DNA from: Eledone cirrhosa
Lineage: Eukaryota
NCBI GenBank assembly: GCA_964016885.1
Contig: OZ024760.1
Location: 31,062,001 to 31,126,000, forward strand
Direction of reading: 5' to 3'
DNA length: 64,000 bases
Of this stretch, positions 1-12,669 are shown piece after piece (position 1 is the first letter of the stretch; each line of letters opens with the position of its first letter). The position numbers were made by a program, and so were the translations under genes. The notes below the pieces were generated by a model. The model was not told the DNA's origin. It saw nothing but the letters and a program-made list of their open reading frames with translations, and made no database searches.

Positions 1-2785
1 TGGTGATGGTAGTGTGTATAGTGGTGGTGGTGGTGATGGTAGTGTGTATAGTGGTGATGGTGGTGATGGTAGTGTGTATAGTGGTGATGGTAGTGTGTAT
101 AGTGGTGATGGTGGTGATGGTAGTGTGTATAGTGGTGATGGTGGTGATGGTAGTGTGTATAGTGGTGATGGTGGTGATGGTAGTGTGTATAGTGGTGATG
201 GTGGTGATGGTAGTGTGTATAGTGGTGATGGTAGTGTGTATAGTGGTGATGGTAGTGTGTATAGTGGTGGTGGTAGTGTGTATAGTGGTGATGGTGGTGA
301 TGGTAGTGTGTATAGTGGTGATGGTGGTGATGGTAGTGTGTATAGTGGTGATGGTAGTGTGTATAGTGGTGATGGTAGTGTGTATAGTGGTGGTGGTAGT
401 GTGTATAGTGGTGATGGTGGTGATGGTAGTGTGTATAGTGGTGATGGTAGTGTGTATAGTGGTGATGGTGGTGATGGTAGTGTGTATAGTGGTGATGGTA
501 GTGTGTATAGTGGTGATGGTAGTGTGTATAGTGGTGATGGTAGTGTGTATAGTGGTGGTGGTAGTGTGTATAGTGGTGATGGTGGTGATGGTAGTGTGTA
601 TAGTGGTGATGGTGGTGATGGTAGTGTGTATAGTGGTGATGGTAGTGTGTATAGTGGTGATGGTAGTGTGTATAGTGGTGGTGGTAGTGTGTATAGTGGT
701 GATGGTAGTGTGTATAGTGGTGGTGGTAGTGTGTATAGTGGTGATGGTGGTGATAGTAGTGTGTATAGTGGTGATGGTAGTGTGTATAGTGGTGATGGTA
801 GTGTGTATAGTGGTGGTGGTAGTGTGTATAGTGGTGATGGTGGTGATGGTAGTGTGTATAGTGGTGATGGTAGTGTGTATAGTGGTGATGGTAGTGTGTA
901 TAGTGGTGGTGGTAGTGTGTATAGTGGTGATGGTGGTGATGGTAGTGTGTATAGTGGTGATGGTGGTGATGGTAGTGTGTATAGTGGTGATGGTAGTGTG
1001 TATAGTGGTGATGGTAGTGTGTATAGTGGTGGTGGTAGTGTGTATAGTGGTGATGGTGGTGATGGTAGTGTGTATAGTGGTGATGGTGGTGATGGTAGTG
1101 TGTATAGTGGTGATGGTAGTGTGTATAGTGGTGATGGTAGTGTGTATAGTGGTGGTGGTAGTGTGTATAGTGGTGATGGTAGTGTGTATAGTGGTGGTGG
1201 TGGTGATGGTAGTGTGTATAGTGGTGATGGTAGTGTGTATAGTGGTGATGGTAGTGTGTATAGTGGTGGTGGTAGTGTGTATAGTGGTGATGGTGGTGAT
1301 GGTAGTGTGTATAGTGGTGATGGTGGTGATGGTAGTGTGTATAGTGGTGATGGTGGTGATGGTAGTGTGTATAGTGGTGATGGTAGTGTGTATAGTGGTG
1401 ATGGTAGTGTGTATAGTGGTGGTGGTAGTGTGTATAGTGGTGATGGTGGTGATGGTAGTGTGTATAGTGGTGATGGTGGTGATGGTAGTGTGTATAGTGG
1501 TGATGGTGGTGATGGTGGTGATGGTAGTGTGTATAGTGGTGATGGTAGTGTGTATAGTGGTGATGGTAGTGTGTATAGTGGTGGTGGTAGTGTGTATAGT
1601 GGTGATGGTGGTGATGGTAGTGTGTATAGTGGTGATGGTAGTGTGTATAGTGGTGATGGTAGTGTGTATAGTGGTGGTGGTAGTGTGTATAGTGGTGATG
1701 GTGGTGATGGTAGTGTGTATAGTGGTGATGGTAGTGTGTATAGTGGTGATGGTAGTGTGTATAGTGGTGGTGGTAGTGTGTATAGTGGTGATGGTGGTGA
1801 TGGTAGTGTGTATAGTGGTGATGGTGGTGATGGTAGTGTGTATAGTGGTGATGGTAGTGTGTATAGTGGTGATGGTAGTGTGTATAGTGGTGGTGGTAGT
1901 GTGTATAGTGGTGATGGTGGTGATGGTAGTGTGTATAGTGGTGATGGTGGTGATGGTAGTGTGTATAGTGGTGATGGTAGTGTGTATAGTGGTGATGGTA
2001 GTGTGTATAGTGGTGGTGGTAGTGTGTATAGTGGTGATGGTAGTGTGTATAGTGGTGGTGGTGGTGATGGTAGTGTGTATAGTGGTGATGGTGGTGATGG
2101 TAGTGTGTATAGTGGTGATGGTGGTGATGGTAGTGTGTATAGTGGTGATGGTAGTGTGTATAGTGGTGATGGTAGTGTGTATAGTGGTGGTGGTAGTGTG
2201 TATAGTGGTGATGGTAGTGTGTATAGTGGTGGTGGTGGTGATGGTAGTGTGTATAGTGGTGGTGGTGGTGATGGTAGTGTGTATAGTGGTGGCGGTGGTG
2301 GTGGTGGTGGTAGTGTTGTGTGTATAGTGGTGGTGGTGGTGGTGGTGGTGATGGTAGTGTGTATAGTGGTGGTGGTGGTGGTGGTGGTGATGATGGTAGT
2401 GTTGTGTGTATAGTGGTGGTGGTGATGGTAGTGTGTATAGTGGTGGTGGTGGTGATGGTAGTGTTGTGTGTATAGTGGTGATGGTAATGTGTATAGTGGT
2501 GGTGGTGGTGGTGATGGTAGTGTGTATAGTGGTGGTGGTGGTGGTAGTTTTGTGTGTATAGTGGTGGTGGTGGTGGTGGTGGTGGTGGTGGTGGTAGTGT
2601 TGCGTGTATAGTGGTGGTGGTGATGGTAGTGTGTATGGTGGTGGTGTTGGTGGTGATGGTAGTGTGTATAGTGGTGGTGGTGGTGGTGGTAGTGTTGTGT
2701 GTATAGTGGTGGTGGTGGTGGTAGTGTTGCGTGTATAGTGGTGGTGGTGGTAGTGGTGGTGGTAGTAGTGGTAGTGGTGGTAGTA
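1..2785. repeat. G/T-rich minisatellite (21-bp GGTAGTGTGTATAGTGGTGAT unit with 9-bp GGTGGTGAT/GGT expansions)
   Basis: Visible tandem array that runs off the window start and decays to (GGT)n near 2300-2785, with frame-breaking GTGTTGTGTG variants. Confidence 0.95.
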
Positions 2786-2881
2786 TTGAGAGAGTATGTA
2801 AAGAAAGAAAAAGAAAGAAAAAGATGCAGTTATGAGAAAAACATTTTAATAAATTTCTTTTAAAATATCATTTGAAGAGTA

Positions 2882-3075
2882 AATAAGGGCCAGAGACCGG
2901 CCCCTATCTGGAAGGGTGGGGACAATGACCCTTTACATTATAAAAGACAATAAGGGCCAGAGACCAACCCCTATCTGGAAGGGTGGGGACAATGACCCTT
3001 TACATTATAGAAGACAATAAGGGCCAGAGACCAGCCCCTATCTGGAAGGGTGGGGACAATGACATTATAGAAGAG
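2882..3075. repeat. 67-bp tandem repeat, about 3 copies
   Basis: AATAAGGGCCAGAGACC..CCCCTATCTGGAAGGGTGGGGACAATGAC recurs at 2882, 2949 and 3016. Confidence 0.9.
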
Positions 3076-3076
3076 A

Positions 3077-3211
3077 AATAATTGTTTCTACTTTAGGCAC
3101 AAGGCCAGCAATTATCCAGTGCATTACTGGTACTTTATTTTATCAACCCCGTAAGGATGAAAGGCAAAGTCAACCTTGGCGGGATTTGAACTCAGATCAT
3201 AAAGGGACGTA
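3077..3211 (-). mobile_element. 5'-truncated tRNA-derived SINE (family A)
   Basis: Minus strand has B-box GAGTTCAAATCC followed by TTTGCCTTTCATCCTTACGGGGT.GATAAAATAAAGTACCAG; flanked by the direct repeat AAGAGAAATAAT (TSD-like); many copies in the window. Confidence 0.8.
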
Positions 3212-3862
3212 AAGAGAAATAATGGGGAAGAAGAGCAATATTTGAGATGGGATACTCCAGATATTTCTTGTTGGCTTATGGATGTTATTCAATCATCTTA
3301 CTCATGGTGGTCTACTCTGGGTCTCCTGCTGGTTGATTCTTTCCTGGGACATTCTAACCACAGCATGTACCAGCTTTGTTGTTTACATCATAGTTTAATA
3401 TGAAAATCTAATGTTATATTTTCAACACCGGCTTCATATACCAATTAATGAAACCAAAAGCGGGGTTAGTGTCTTTAACTCTTTTATTAAATCCCTACAA
3501 ATCTGTGATTATTTTAATAGAAACAGCAAACCATACATTTCAAACTGTGTGTAGGGGTTGGCAGTAACCTATGAAGGGTTGAAACTAGTAAAAATTACCT
3601 TAAAATTACCTATCAATTTGTGGGAGTGAGAAAGAGGTGATTTAAACATTTTCATACCAACCCACTCGCCAAACTACATATAAAACAAAACCACCCTTTT
3701 AAAAGATTTCTGTTTAAATTAAAATCTTTCTTCATAATTTGGTATAAGAACCTTTTGTTAAGTTATGTACCAAACACCATCTTAATAATATGATAAATAA
3801 TCTTAGTAAATCCCTCCACATTCATCATTAATTAACTGAAATAGTATGTGGCATGTTGCCTA

Positions 3863-4240
3863 GCACATGGCCTAGTGATGTGTTGGACTTATGATCGTAA
3901 TGTCGCGGGTTCAATTCCTGGACTGGGTTGTGAGTTGTGTTCTTGAGCAAAACACTTCATTTCACGTTGCTCCAGTATACTCAGCTGAAAATAAGTACCA
4001 GCAGCAATAACTAGGCGTTTAACCTTGCAATGGACTGGCGCCCTATCCAGGGGCGAGTCTGGTACTCTTAGTCACTTCACGCCATGAAACCGGGATAAGC
4101 ACTGTCCTGATGAACCTCTGGGCTCAAGACAGACTTTAACTCTCCAATGGACTGGCATCCTATCCAGGGGGAAGTCTTGTACTCTCAGTTGTTTCATGCC
4201 ACAGAAACACTGCCACAGCCCCTGAACTCAAGACAGACTT
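3863..4240 (+). mobile_element. tRNA-derived CORE-type SINE with duplicated 3' part
   Basis: A-box-like TGGCCTAGTG, B-box GGGTTCAATTCC, CORE-like TTGTGTTCTTGAGCAAAACACTT; the block AATGGACTGGC..CCTATCCAGGGG...CTCAAGACAGACTTT occurs twice. Confidence 0.65.
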
Positions 4241-4350
4241 TTAGTCATTAGAAATATGATAATGTAGCTTATGAATGTAGCTTACATAGAAGCAACAACA
4301 GCACAGAAAGAAAACAGTTAATATAAATATAAAAAGAAAAACCGTCTTAC

Positions 4351-7300
4351 CGTTATCATCACTATTATCTTCATAGTCTCCATAGAAATCACTATCTTCT
4401 GCAGCTTTGGCGGCAACACAACTAACCTTCTTTTCTGTTGGTGAGTTGCCAGCATTGCCATTCTGAAGACTGCGACTCTCAGGACTGCAATTCTGAGGAC
4501 TGCGATTCTGAGGACTGCGATTCTCAGGAATGCCATTCTGAGGACTGCGACTCTGAGGACTGCTATTCTCAGGACTGTGATTCTGAGGACTGCGATTCTC
4601 AGGAATGCCATTCTGAGGACTGCGATTCTGAGGACTGCGATTCTCAGGAATGCCATTCTGAGGACTGCGATTCTGAGGACTGCCACTCTCAGGACTGCGA
4701 TTCTGAGGACTGCGATTCTGAGGACTGCCATTCTGAGGACTGTGATTCTGAGGACTGCGATTCTGAGGACTGCGATTCTGAGGACTGCGATTCTCAGGAC
4801 TGCGATTCTGAGGACTGTGATTCTGAGGACTGCGATTCTCAGGAATGCCATTCTGAGGACTGTAATTCTGAGGACTGCTATTCTCAGGAATGCCATTCTG
4901 AGGACTGCGACTCTGAGGAATGCTATTCTCAGGACTGTGATTCTGAGGACTGCGATTCTCAGGACTGCTATTCTCAGGAATGCCATTCTGAGGACTGCGA
5001 TTCTCAGGACTGCGATTCTCAGGACTGCGATTCTCAGGACTGCGATTCTCAGGACTGCAATTCTGAGGACTGCTATTCTCAGGAATGCCATTCTGAGCAC
5101 TGCTATTCTGAGGACTGCGATTCTGAGGACTGCGATTCTGAGGACTGCGATTCTGAGGACTGCGATTCTGAGGACTGTGATTCTGAGGACTGCGATTCTC
5201 AGGACTGCGATTCTCAGGACTACTATTCTCAGGAATGCCATTCTGAGGACTGCGATTCTGAGGACTGCTATTCTCAGGAATGCCATTCTGAGGACTGCCA
5301 TTCTGAGGACTGCTATTCTGAGGACTGCGATTCTGAGGACTGCGATTCTGAGGACTGTAATTCTGAGGACTGCGATTCTGAGGACTGCGATTCTCAGGAC
5401 TGTAATTCTGAGGACTGCCATTCTGAGGACTGCTATTCTCAAGAATGCCATTCTGAGGACTGCCATTCTGAGGACTGCTATTCTGAGGACTGCGATTCTG
5501 AGGACTGCGATTCTGAGGACTGTAATTCTGAGGACTGCGATTCTGAGGACTGCGATTCTCAGGACTGTAATTCTCAAGAATGCCATTCTGAGGACTGCCA
5601 TTCTGAGGACTACTATTCTCAGGAATGCCATTCTGTGGACTGCCATTCTGAGGACTGCTATTCTCAGGAATGCCATTCTGAGGACTGCCATTCTGAGGAC
5701 TGCTATTCTCAGGAATGCCATTCTGAGGACTGCCATTCTGAGGACTGCTATTCTCAGGAATGCCATTCTGAGGACTGCCATTCTGAGGACTGCTATTCTC
5801 AGGACTGCGATTCTGAGGACTGCCATTCTGAGGACTGCCATTCTGAGGACTGCCATTCTGAGGACTGCAATTCTCAGGAATGCCATTCTGAGGACTGCCA
5901 TTCTGAGGACTGCTATTCTGAGGACTTCTATTCTCAGGAATGCCATTCTGAGGACTGCTATTCTCAGGACTGCAATTCTGAGGACTGCGATTCTGAGGAC
6001 TGCGATTCTCAGGACTGTAATTCTGAGGACTGCCATTCTGAGGACTGCGATTCTGAGGACTGCGATTCTGAGGACTGCGACTCTGAGGACTGATATTCTG
6101 AGGACTGCTATTCTGAGGACTGCTATTCTGAGGACTGCTATTCTGAGGACTGCGATTCTGAGGACTTCTATTCTCAGGAATGCCATTCTGAGGACTGCTA
6201 TTCTCAGGACTGCGATTCTGAGGACTGCGATTCTGAGGACTGCGATTCTGAGGACTGCGACTCTGAGGACTGATATTCTGAGGACTGCTATTCTGAGGAC
6301 TGCTATTCTGAGGACTGCGATTCTGAGGACTTCTATTCTCAGGAATGCCATTCTGAGGACTTCTATTCTCAGGAATGCCATTCTGAGGACTGCTATTCTC
6401 AGGACTGCGATTCTGAGGACTGAGATTCTGAGGACTGCGATTCTGAGGACTGCGACTCTGAGGACTGCGATTCTGAGGACTGCTATTCTCAGGAATGCCA
6501 TTCTGAGGACTGCTATTCTCAGGACTGCGATTCTGAGGACTGCAATTCTGAGGACTGCGACTCTGAGGACTGATATTCTCCGGACTGCCATTCTGAGGAC
6601 TGCGATTTTGAGGACTGCGATTCTGAGGACTGCTATTCTGAGGACTGCTATTCTGAGGACTGCTATTCTGAGTACTGCTATTCTGAGGACTGCGATTCTC
6701 AGGAATGCTATTCTCAGGACTGCGATTCTGAGGACTGCGATTCTCAGGAATGCTATTCTGAGGACTGCGATTCTGAGGACTGCGATTCTCAGGAATGCTA
6801 TTCTCAGGACTGTGATTCTGAGGACTGCGATTCTCAGGAATGCTATTCTCAGGACTGCAATTCTGAGGACTGCGATTCTGAGGACTGCGATTCTGAGGAC
6901 TGCTATTCTGAGGACTGCTATTCTGAGGACTGCGATTCTGAGGACTGCGATTCTGAGGACTGCGATTCTGAGGACTGCTATTCTCAGAACTGCGATTCTG
7001 AGGACTGCTATTCTGAGGACTGCGATTCTGAGGACTGCTATTCTCAGGACTGTGATTCTCAGGACTGAGATTCTGAGGACTGCGATTCTCAGGACTGCTA
7101 TTCTCAGGACTGCGATTCTGAGGACTGCTATTCTGAGGACTGCGATTCTGAGGACTGCTATTCTGAGGACTGCTATTCTGAGGACTGCTATTCTGAGGAC
7201 TGCGATTCTCAGGACCGCGATTCTGAGGACTGCGATTCTGAGGACTGCGATTCTGACTGCTATTCTCAGGACTGCGACTCTCAGGACTGTGACTCTCAGC

Positions 7301-8310
7301 ACTGCGACTCTCAGGACTGCCACTCTCAGGACTGCCACTCTCAGGACTGCTATTCTTGGCATTATTGTCGTCATCTTTGTTGGAACCGCTACTGGATTTA
7401 CTAGCACTTTCGATTGCACCGCCTCTGATATTGCTTTCACCTTGATCGATGCAGAGACACTTACAATACTCGGGTGAGACCCGGGGCAAACTTGCAGGAG
7501 ACTCAGGGGAGTCTCGGAGAAGACTCACGGGTGACTCGGGAGAGACTTGGTGGCGACGCGTGGGAGACGTGTGGGAGGTACTTTTGATGGTGATAGTACA
7601 GGGAGTTTGAGATGGTGGCCGTGGACAGGTACAGGGTCTTTTCAGTACGCATTGGGTTTGTGGAACAGAGCAAGGAGGCTTGCAGCTGGCAACAGGTACC
7701 TCTTCATAGCAAGTAGGCTTGCAGCTGACAACGGGTACCTCTTCAAAGCAAGGAGGCTCGTGGCTGACAACGGCTACCTCTTCATAGCAAGTAGGCTTGC
7801 AGCTGACAACGGGTACCTCTTCAAAGCAAGGAGGCTCGTGGCTGACAACGGCTACCTCTTCATAGCAAGGAGGCTCGTGGCTGACAACGGCTACCTCTTC
7901 ATAGCAAGGAGGCTCGTGGCTGACAACGGCTACCTCTTCATAGCAAGGAGGCTCACGGCTGACAACGGCTACCTCTTCATAGCAAGGAGGCTCGTGGCTG
8001 ACAACGGCTACCTCTTCATAGCAAGGAGGCTCACAGCTCACAACGGCTACCTCTTCATAGCAAGGAGGCTTCTTGCAGCTCACAACGGCTACATCTTCAT
8101 AGCATGGCGAGCTACTTGTCTCTGTCGGATCAGGGGAGCTGCAAATTTTTGCCTGGATATTGATGGGAACCTCAGGTGGGTGACACGTGCGGTAATAGCA
8201 TATATTTTGGGGAGTAGCTATGTCTTCCTCGACAACAACTTCACGACAAGGACATGTAGAACTGCTAATGAAGGATGAACTGTCTAGGGTTGAAGAGGCT
8301 TGTTCTGAAT
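4351..8310 (-). CDS. ERICH3: ERICH3-like gene, exon 11: 3960-nt repetitive exon (13-aa CYEEVAVVSHEPP repeats, then about 190 SP[QE]N[RSGC] pentapeptides)
   Basis: Acceptor ttttccatgtacag at 8311 and donor AACG|gtaaga at 4350; phase 1-1; frame open throughout (ORF 4241..8083 extends upstream to (D)SEQASSTLDSS...); phase matches the upstream exons. Confidence 0.75.
4470..7352. repeat. 15-bp coding tandem repeat (TTCTGAGGACTGCGA consensus)
   Basis: Strict 15-nt period; the only indel noticed (near 7255) is 3 nt. Confidence 0.95.
7672..8105. repeat. 39-bp coding tandem repeat, about 11 copies
   Basis: GCTGACAACGGCTACCTCTTCATAGCAAGGAGGCTCGTG unit encodes PPCYEEVAVVSHE on the minus strand. Confidence 0.9.
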
Positions 8311-8371
8311 CTGTACATGGAAAACATAGGAAATTGAATAGTATTAGATCATAATATATATTATAATGAAA

Positions 8372-8550
8372 TAATTGTTTCTACTTTAGGCACAAGGCCA
8401 GCAATTACCCAGTACATTACTGGTACTTTATTTTATCGACCCCCGTAAGGATGAAAGGCAAAGTCAACCTCGGCGGGATTTGAACTCAGATCGTAAAGGG
8501 ACATAACTATGCTGGAAAGCATGGCGTCCGATACTGCCAATCCACCGCCT
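8372..8550 (-). mobile_element. Near full-length SINE (family A) with TSD
   Basis: Head GGCGGTGGATTGGCAGTATCGG...GAGTTCAAATCCCGCCGAGG on minus; ATTATAATGAAATAAT on both sides. Confidence 0.85.
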
Positions 8551-8569
8551 TATTATAATGAAATAATAA

Positions 8570-8690
8570 TAATGAAATTATTGTGTACAGTGCTCAGGTG
8601 CACTACAACTCATCAAAGGTGCATGTATAGTACATAGAATAATATACAAGTGTCAGGAAAGTGAATAGTGTATGAGTCATGGTATAGATG
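8570..8690 (-). mobile_element. 3' end fragment of CR1-like LINE
   Basis: Reverse complement of the 3' end of the element at 33350-35365 (TTTGATGAGTTGTAGTGCACCTGAGCACTGTACACAAT). Confidence 0.75.
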
Positions 8691-8859
8691 TATATCATAT
8701 ACATATATGATATACATCTATGTATATCATATGCGTCTAACCCATGTTAGCGTGGAAAATGGACGTTAAACAAAGATGATGATGATGATGATGATGATAT
8801 ACATCTCTCTCTCTCTTTCTCTCTCTCTCTCTTTCTCTAAATATATATACATACACAAG

Positions 8860-9520
8860 AAGATAGAAATATCAAAAAAGTTCAAAGAACAAAAATTCCC
8901 CAATAGGGGGGGAACTTCCAAGGGCCACTCATGGCGAAAACCACACAAAAGACCATGGCCACCTTGACCACCAGGACAAACGCGCTCTCTCAGTTCTCCC
9001 ACTCCTCAGTCGACAGGTGGGTCTGTTCACTCGGACCAGACTTGCCACTTTCACCCACCTTTCAACAAACTTACTAGAAGACAGCACTTGCCCCTCCACC
9101 CTGACTTCCCTCATCAAGTGAAACTTGAAAAAGTTAATCAGGGATTGGCCGAAGAGGAAAGTGTCCGTCTTCAATCCTTTCAACCATGTCCACCATACAA
9201 TCTCTTTCGCCATGGCCACCAGGCAGATGAAAACTGCCTGCCCTTCCTCCTCATTAAAGGAGGACGGCGGGGCTATCTGCACAATGAACTCAGTCGATAA
9301 CCGGATCCATCCTACACATGACAGCAAATGTTCAACATAGCTCCACAAGTCAACAATGCTCGGACACTGAATGAGTGCGTGCACAATGGTTTCGTCGCTC
9401 TGTGCGCATCTCGGACAGGCACGGCTGACGGCACTTCCATGCCTGTAGAGATTATCTCGAACCGGCAACGCTCCCCAGTAGCACTGCCAGGCCAGGGATT
9501 TCTGGGAGTTGTCCATAGGG
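8860..9520 (-). mobile_element. Tx1/L1-clade LINE 3' fragment (C-terminal Cys/His zinc-binding region)
   Basis: ORF 8929..9516 has CPRCAQSDETIVHALIQC, homologous to the ORF2 C-terminus at 58005..58280. Confidence 0.85.
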
Positions 9521-9713
9521 AAACCAGAGTCAGTGTTGCATCATATGCATATTTAATAATTAAATATGTATCTCATGCAACACTGATTCTTGGTTCTCTA
9601 ATTATTATTATTGATACTCTGCTCCCCAATAACATTGAGTACCCATCTTGGCATACCACCTGTCAACGCAATCTAATTGCACCTCTACTACCATATATAT
9701 ATATGAATGTATA

Positions 9714-10556
9714 TCATCATCATCATCATTTTACGTCTGCTTTTCCCTGCTTGCAAGGGTGGGACAGGTCCTATTCAGCACAGCATCTCTCCACTTGTCG
9801 CGGTCCTTCATCATCTCCACCGTGAGCTTCAGTGATCTGAGGTCTGTTCTCACCACCTCCGCCCATGGTTTTCGTGGTCTACCTCTACTGCGTCTTCCTT
9901 CAACTGGCATTTCCTGGCACTTCTTCACCCATCGGTCATTGGTCATTATCCATGCACATCACATGTCCATACCACCTCAGTCTCCTCTCTCGCACACTAC
10001 ATTCTATCCCTCTCAGACACAGTTTCTCTCTCAACACATTCATGCTGGGTCGTTCACGCACATTGACACTGCACATCCAATGGAGCATGCTTGCCTCATT
10101 TCTCTCCAGCCATCACACATCCTCTGCAGTTGCTGCCCATGTCTCACTACCATGCAGCATCACGCTCCTCACACAGGCATCATATAACCGGCCTTCGTAT
10201 GCAGGGAGAAACCCTTCTTCCTCAGCAGAGGAAGAAGCTCCCTAAACTTCTTTCAACCCGTCCTTATTCTGGATACTATGGCCTTGGAACACCCCCCTCC
10301 CATGCTAATCTGATCTCCTAGGTACCGGAAGCTATCAACCACTTCTATAGCACCCACTTGCATTTGAAAAATGTGTATATCAATGCGACTTCTACTGTCT
10401 AATTTCCCTGTATATCTACTGCATACGTATTTCTCCCTAACTGTTAGTTTGCCTGCTATCCCATTACATCTCTTGTGTACCCAGGATCTGCATTGTGTAC
10501 ATTTTAGGACTTGGAGGACTATAATGAACAAGAGCGGGCTGAGGACCAAACCCTGA
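9714..10556 (-). mobile_element. RTE-clade LINE 3' fragment (internally deleted)
   Basis: [33 protein letters not shown] and GRRSRGRPRKPW motifs; ends in a (GAT)n tail. Confidence 0.9.
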
Positions 10557-10847
10557 TCAATCAAACAATTGTTAATACTGTAAATAAAACCCTTTTTGTA
10601 CAGCCGACCATGTTATTCTTCAATCTATCACTATTATTACTCCAAGTATAACCTGCATAGGAATTCTCGTAAACTCACCACCTAAGGAAACCTCTTGTTG
10701 AGTCAAACAACGTAGTACGTTAAAACTATCCACAGTACAGAATACTCACAACCTCTAGATAACCTTAAACGATAACTTGTTATCCCATATATATACACAC
10801 ACTGACAGACAGATGTGTGTGTAAGAGGTGATACGTAAAGTAGATAC

Positions 10848-10934
10848 CTGTTTGAAAAGTGTTTAGTTTTGCTGCGTTCTCTAAGTCAATCACCATTGAC
10901 ATTTCAGCATTATCGGTTGGGACACGGATTTCAG
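10848..10934 (-). CDS. ERICH3: ERICH3-like gene, putative exon 10 (PEIRVPTDNAEMSMVIDLENAAKLNTFQT)
   Basis: 87 nt, phase 1-1, open frame, donor CAG|gtatct; the acceptor (agagtagaaaatag) is weak and abuts an LTR remnant. Confidence 0.4.
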
Positions 10935-10940
10935 CTATTT

Positions 10941-12177
10941 TCTACTCTTGACTTGTCAACAATTCTATTCTAAATAACTTCAACTTGTTAATTAAACTTT
11001 ATACACACAACCGAGCATCTTTGTTATATTCATACAATCCAGTATTTTGTTATAAGTGTTGACCCCGAAAAAAGAAAAAAATGATAGGATCTGGTGTTGT
11101 GTGAATATTTGAAAACTGCGCATTTATTCAGAATGCTTATTTCTTTGGTCGCTGGCCTCTTGACCCTTCCAGGTCAACGCATTCTCAACATCGACCATCA
11201 ACTTTGGCTGTTATTTCTAGCACTTTGCGCAACTCATTTTTTCTGGGAAAATTTTTACTGTGAATTTAAACATCGAATAGGCTCACTCCGCGAGACAACA
11301 TCAACAGCAACACAGCTTCATCAACAACCAAAACCAACAGAAGCCAGAGAATTTATTTTTGCAGCACTCTTCCTGTGAGAAAATCCCTTCAGGGGTTGGA
11401 AATTTCACGTTATACCACAGACCAGAAACCACATGCATTCATTCTCTGGAACACACTTTCTTTCCTGCTGTCATGTGATTGCACACCTGTGAACTGTATT
11501 TTGAACATTTGAACTTTGACTTCTTCTTTTACTTTTATTACATTGTATCTTTGAGTGATGGATAGATAGTTCTCTGGCCAAGAGCGGTTGGCAACCTTGA
11601 TACCTATCATTGATTTTTGCATGCATATATTTTGCTGTTTCCCTTTTATTGCAAACATTATTTTTTTTCGTAATTTTCATGCCTGTACATGCTTGCTATC
11701 TTACTCCATACATGTTTCATTCGATTTTTATATTTTAAAAATCTGGCGGGAGATAATGTAGCAATAGTTGCCTCTCTTGTTGTGACACTCACATCACCAA
11801 TAGATTAACGCTCTCTAGACAGGAAGTAGCTGGAGTTACTTGCCGTTGGGGTGGCAGAACCCTTTTTGTCACTTCCGTCTTGAGACCCTATAAAAGGGAT
11901 ATTCAGAGCGATCTCTACCTCTCATTTGCCCTTTCGGCTCCTGGCTTCTCTCTCTTCTAATTAGCCTGGCCCTTTGGCCAGGCACGTTCGCCTAGCAACC
12001 CTAACATGGTCTCTTGCGAGCTCACTTCAAAACGGTAACAAATAACTTTACTTCATTCTTTCATCTACTCTTGACTTGTCAACAATTCTATTCTACATAA
12101 CTTCAACTTGTTAATTAAACTTTATACACACAACCGAGCATCTTTGTTATATTCATACAATCCAGTATTTTGTTATA
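10941..12177 (+). mobile_element. Non-autonomous or degenerate LTR retrotransposon: truncated 5' LTR (10941-11054), PBS, about 700-bp internal region, PPT, complete 3' LTR (11757-12177)
   Basis: 114-bp direct repeat at 10941-11054 and 12064-12177; AGTGTTGACCCCGA right after the first copy (cf. tRNA-Trp PBS TGGTGACCCCGA); GGCGGGAGATAA before TGTAGCA; LTR ends TGTTATA and contains CCAAT and TATAAAA. Confidence 0.75.
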
Positions 12178-12183
12178 GAACTA

Positions 12184-12648
12184 TGTGGTACTACTAGAGA
12201 GAGAGAAACATGTGGTACTGCTAGAGAGAGAGAAACATGTGGTACTACTAGAGAGAGAGAAACACATGGTACTACTAGGGTGAGAAACATGTAGTACTAC
12301 TAGAGAGAGAGAAACATTTGATACTACTAGAGAGAGAGAAACATGTGGTACTACTAGAGAGAGAGAAACATGTGATACTACTAAAGAGAGAGAAACATGT
12401 GGTACTACTAGAGAGAGAAACATGTGGTACTACAAGAGAGAGAGAAACACGTGGTACTACTAGAGAGTGAGAAACATGTAGTACTACTAGAGAGAGAGAA
12501 ACATGTGGTACTAATGGAGAGAGAGAGACATGTGGTACTAATAGAGAGAGAGACATGTGGTACTAATGGAGAGAGAGAGAGAGAAACACGCGGTACTAAG
12601 GAGAGAAACACGTGGAACTACTACTACAGAGAGAGAGGAACATGTGGC
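12184..12648. repeat. About 27-bp minisatellite CATGTGGTACTACTAGAGAGAGAGAAA
   Basis: Visible tandem units with variable GA length. Confidence 0.9.
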
Positions 12649-12669
12649 ACTGCAGGTGTCTTTCATTAT

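Noticed and set aside
3-2413. 774- and 799-aa ORFs (VVMVVCI / GDGSVYS repeats)
   Set aside because: They arise from a stop-poor minisatellite; no unique flanking coding sequence or splice sites, and frame-breaking variants occur at the array end.
4241-4350. C-terminal transmembrane helix plus Cys cluster (VFLFIFILTVFFLCCCC) suggesting a mucin-like membrane protein
   Set aside because: It begins exactly at a G|GTAAGA donor and is T-rich, so it is most likely intron read-through.
4318-7477. Alternative-frame ORFs (IAVLR, TAILR, SEDCD repeats)
   Set aside because: Shadows of the 15-bp repeat; only the SPQN frame is open across both unique flanks and fits the splice phases.
11410-11658. Faint hAT-transposase-like peptide on the minus strand
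   Set aside because: Too weak by eye; the region is better explained as the interior of the LTR element.
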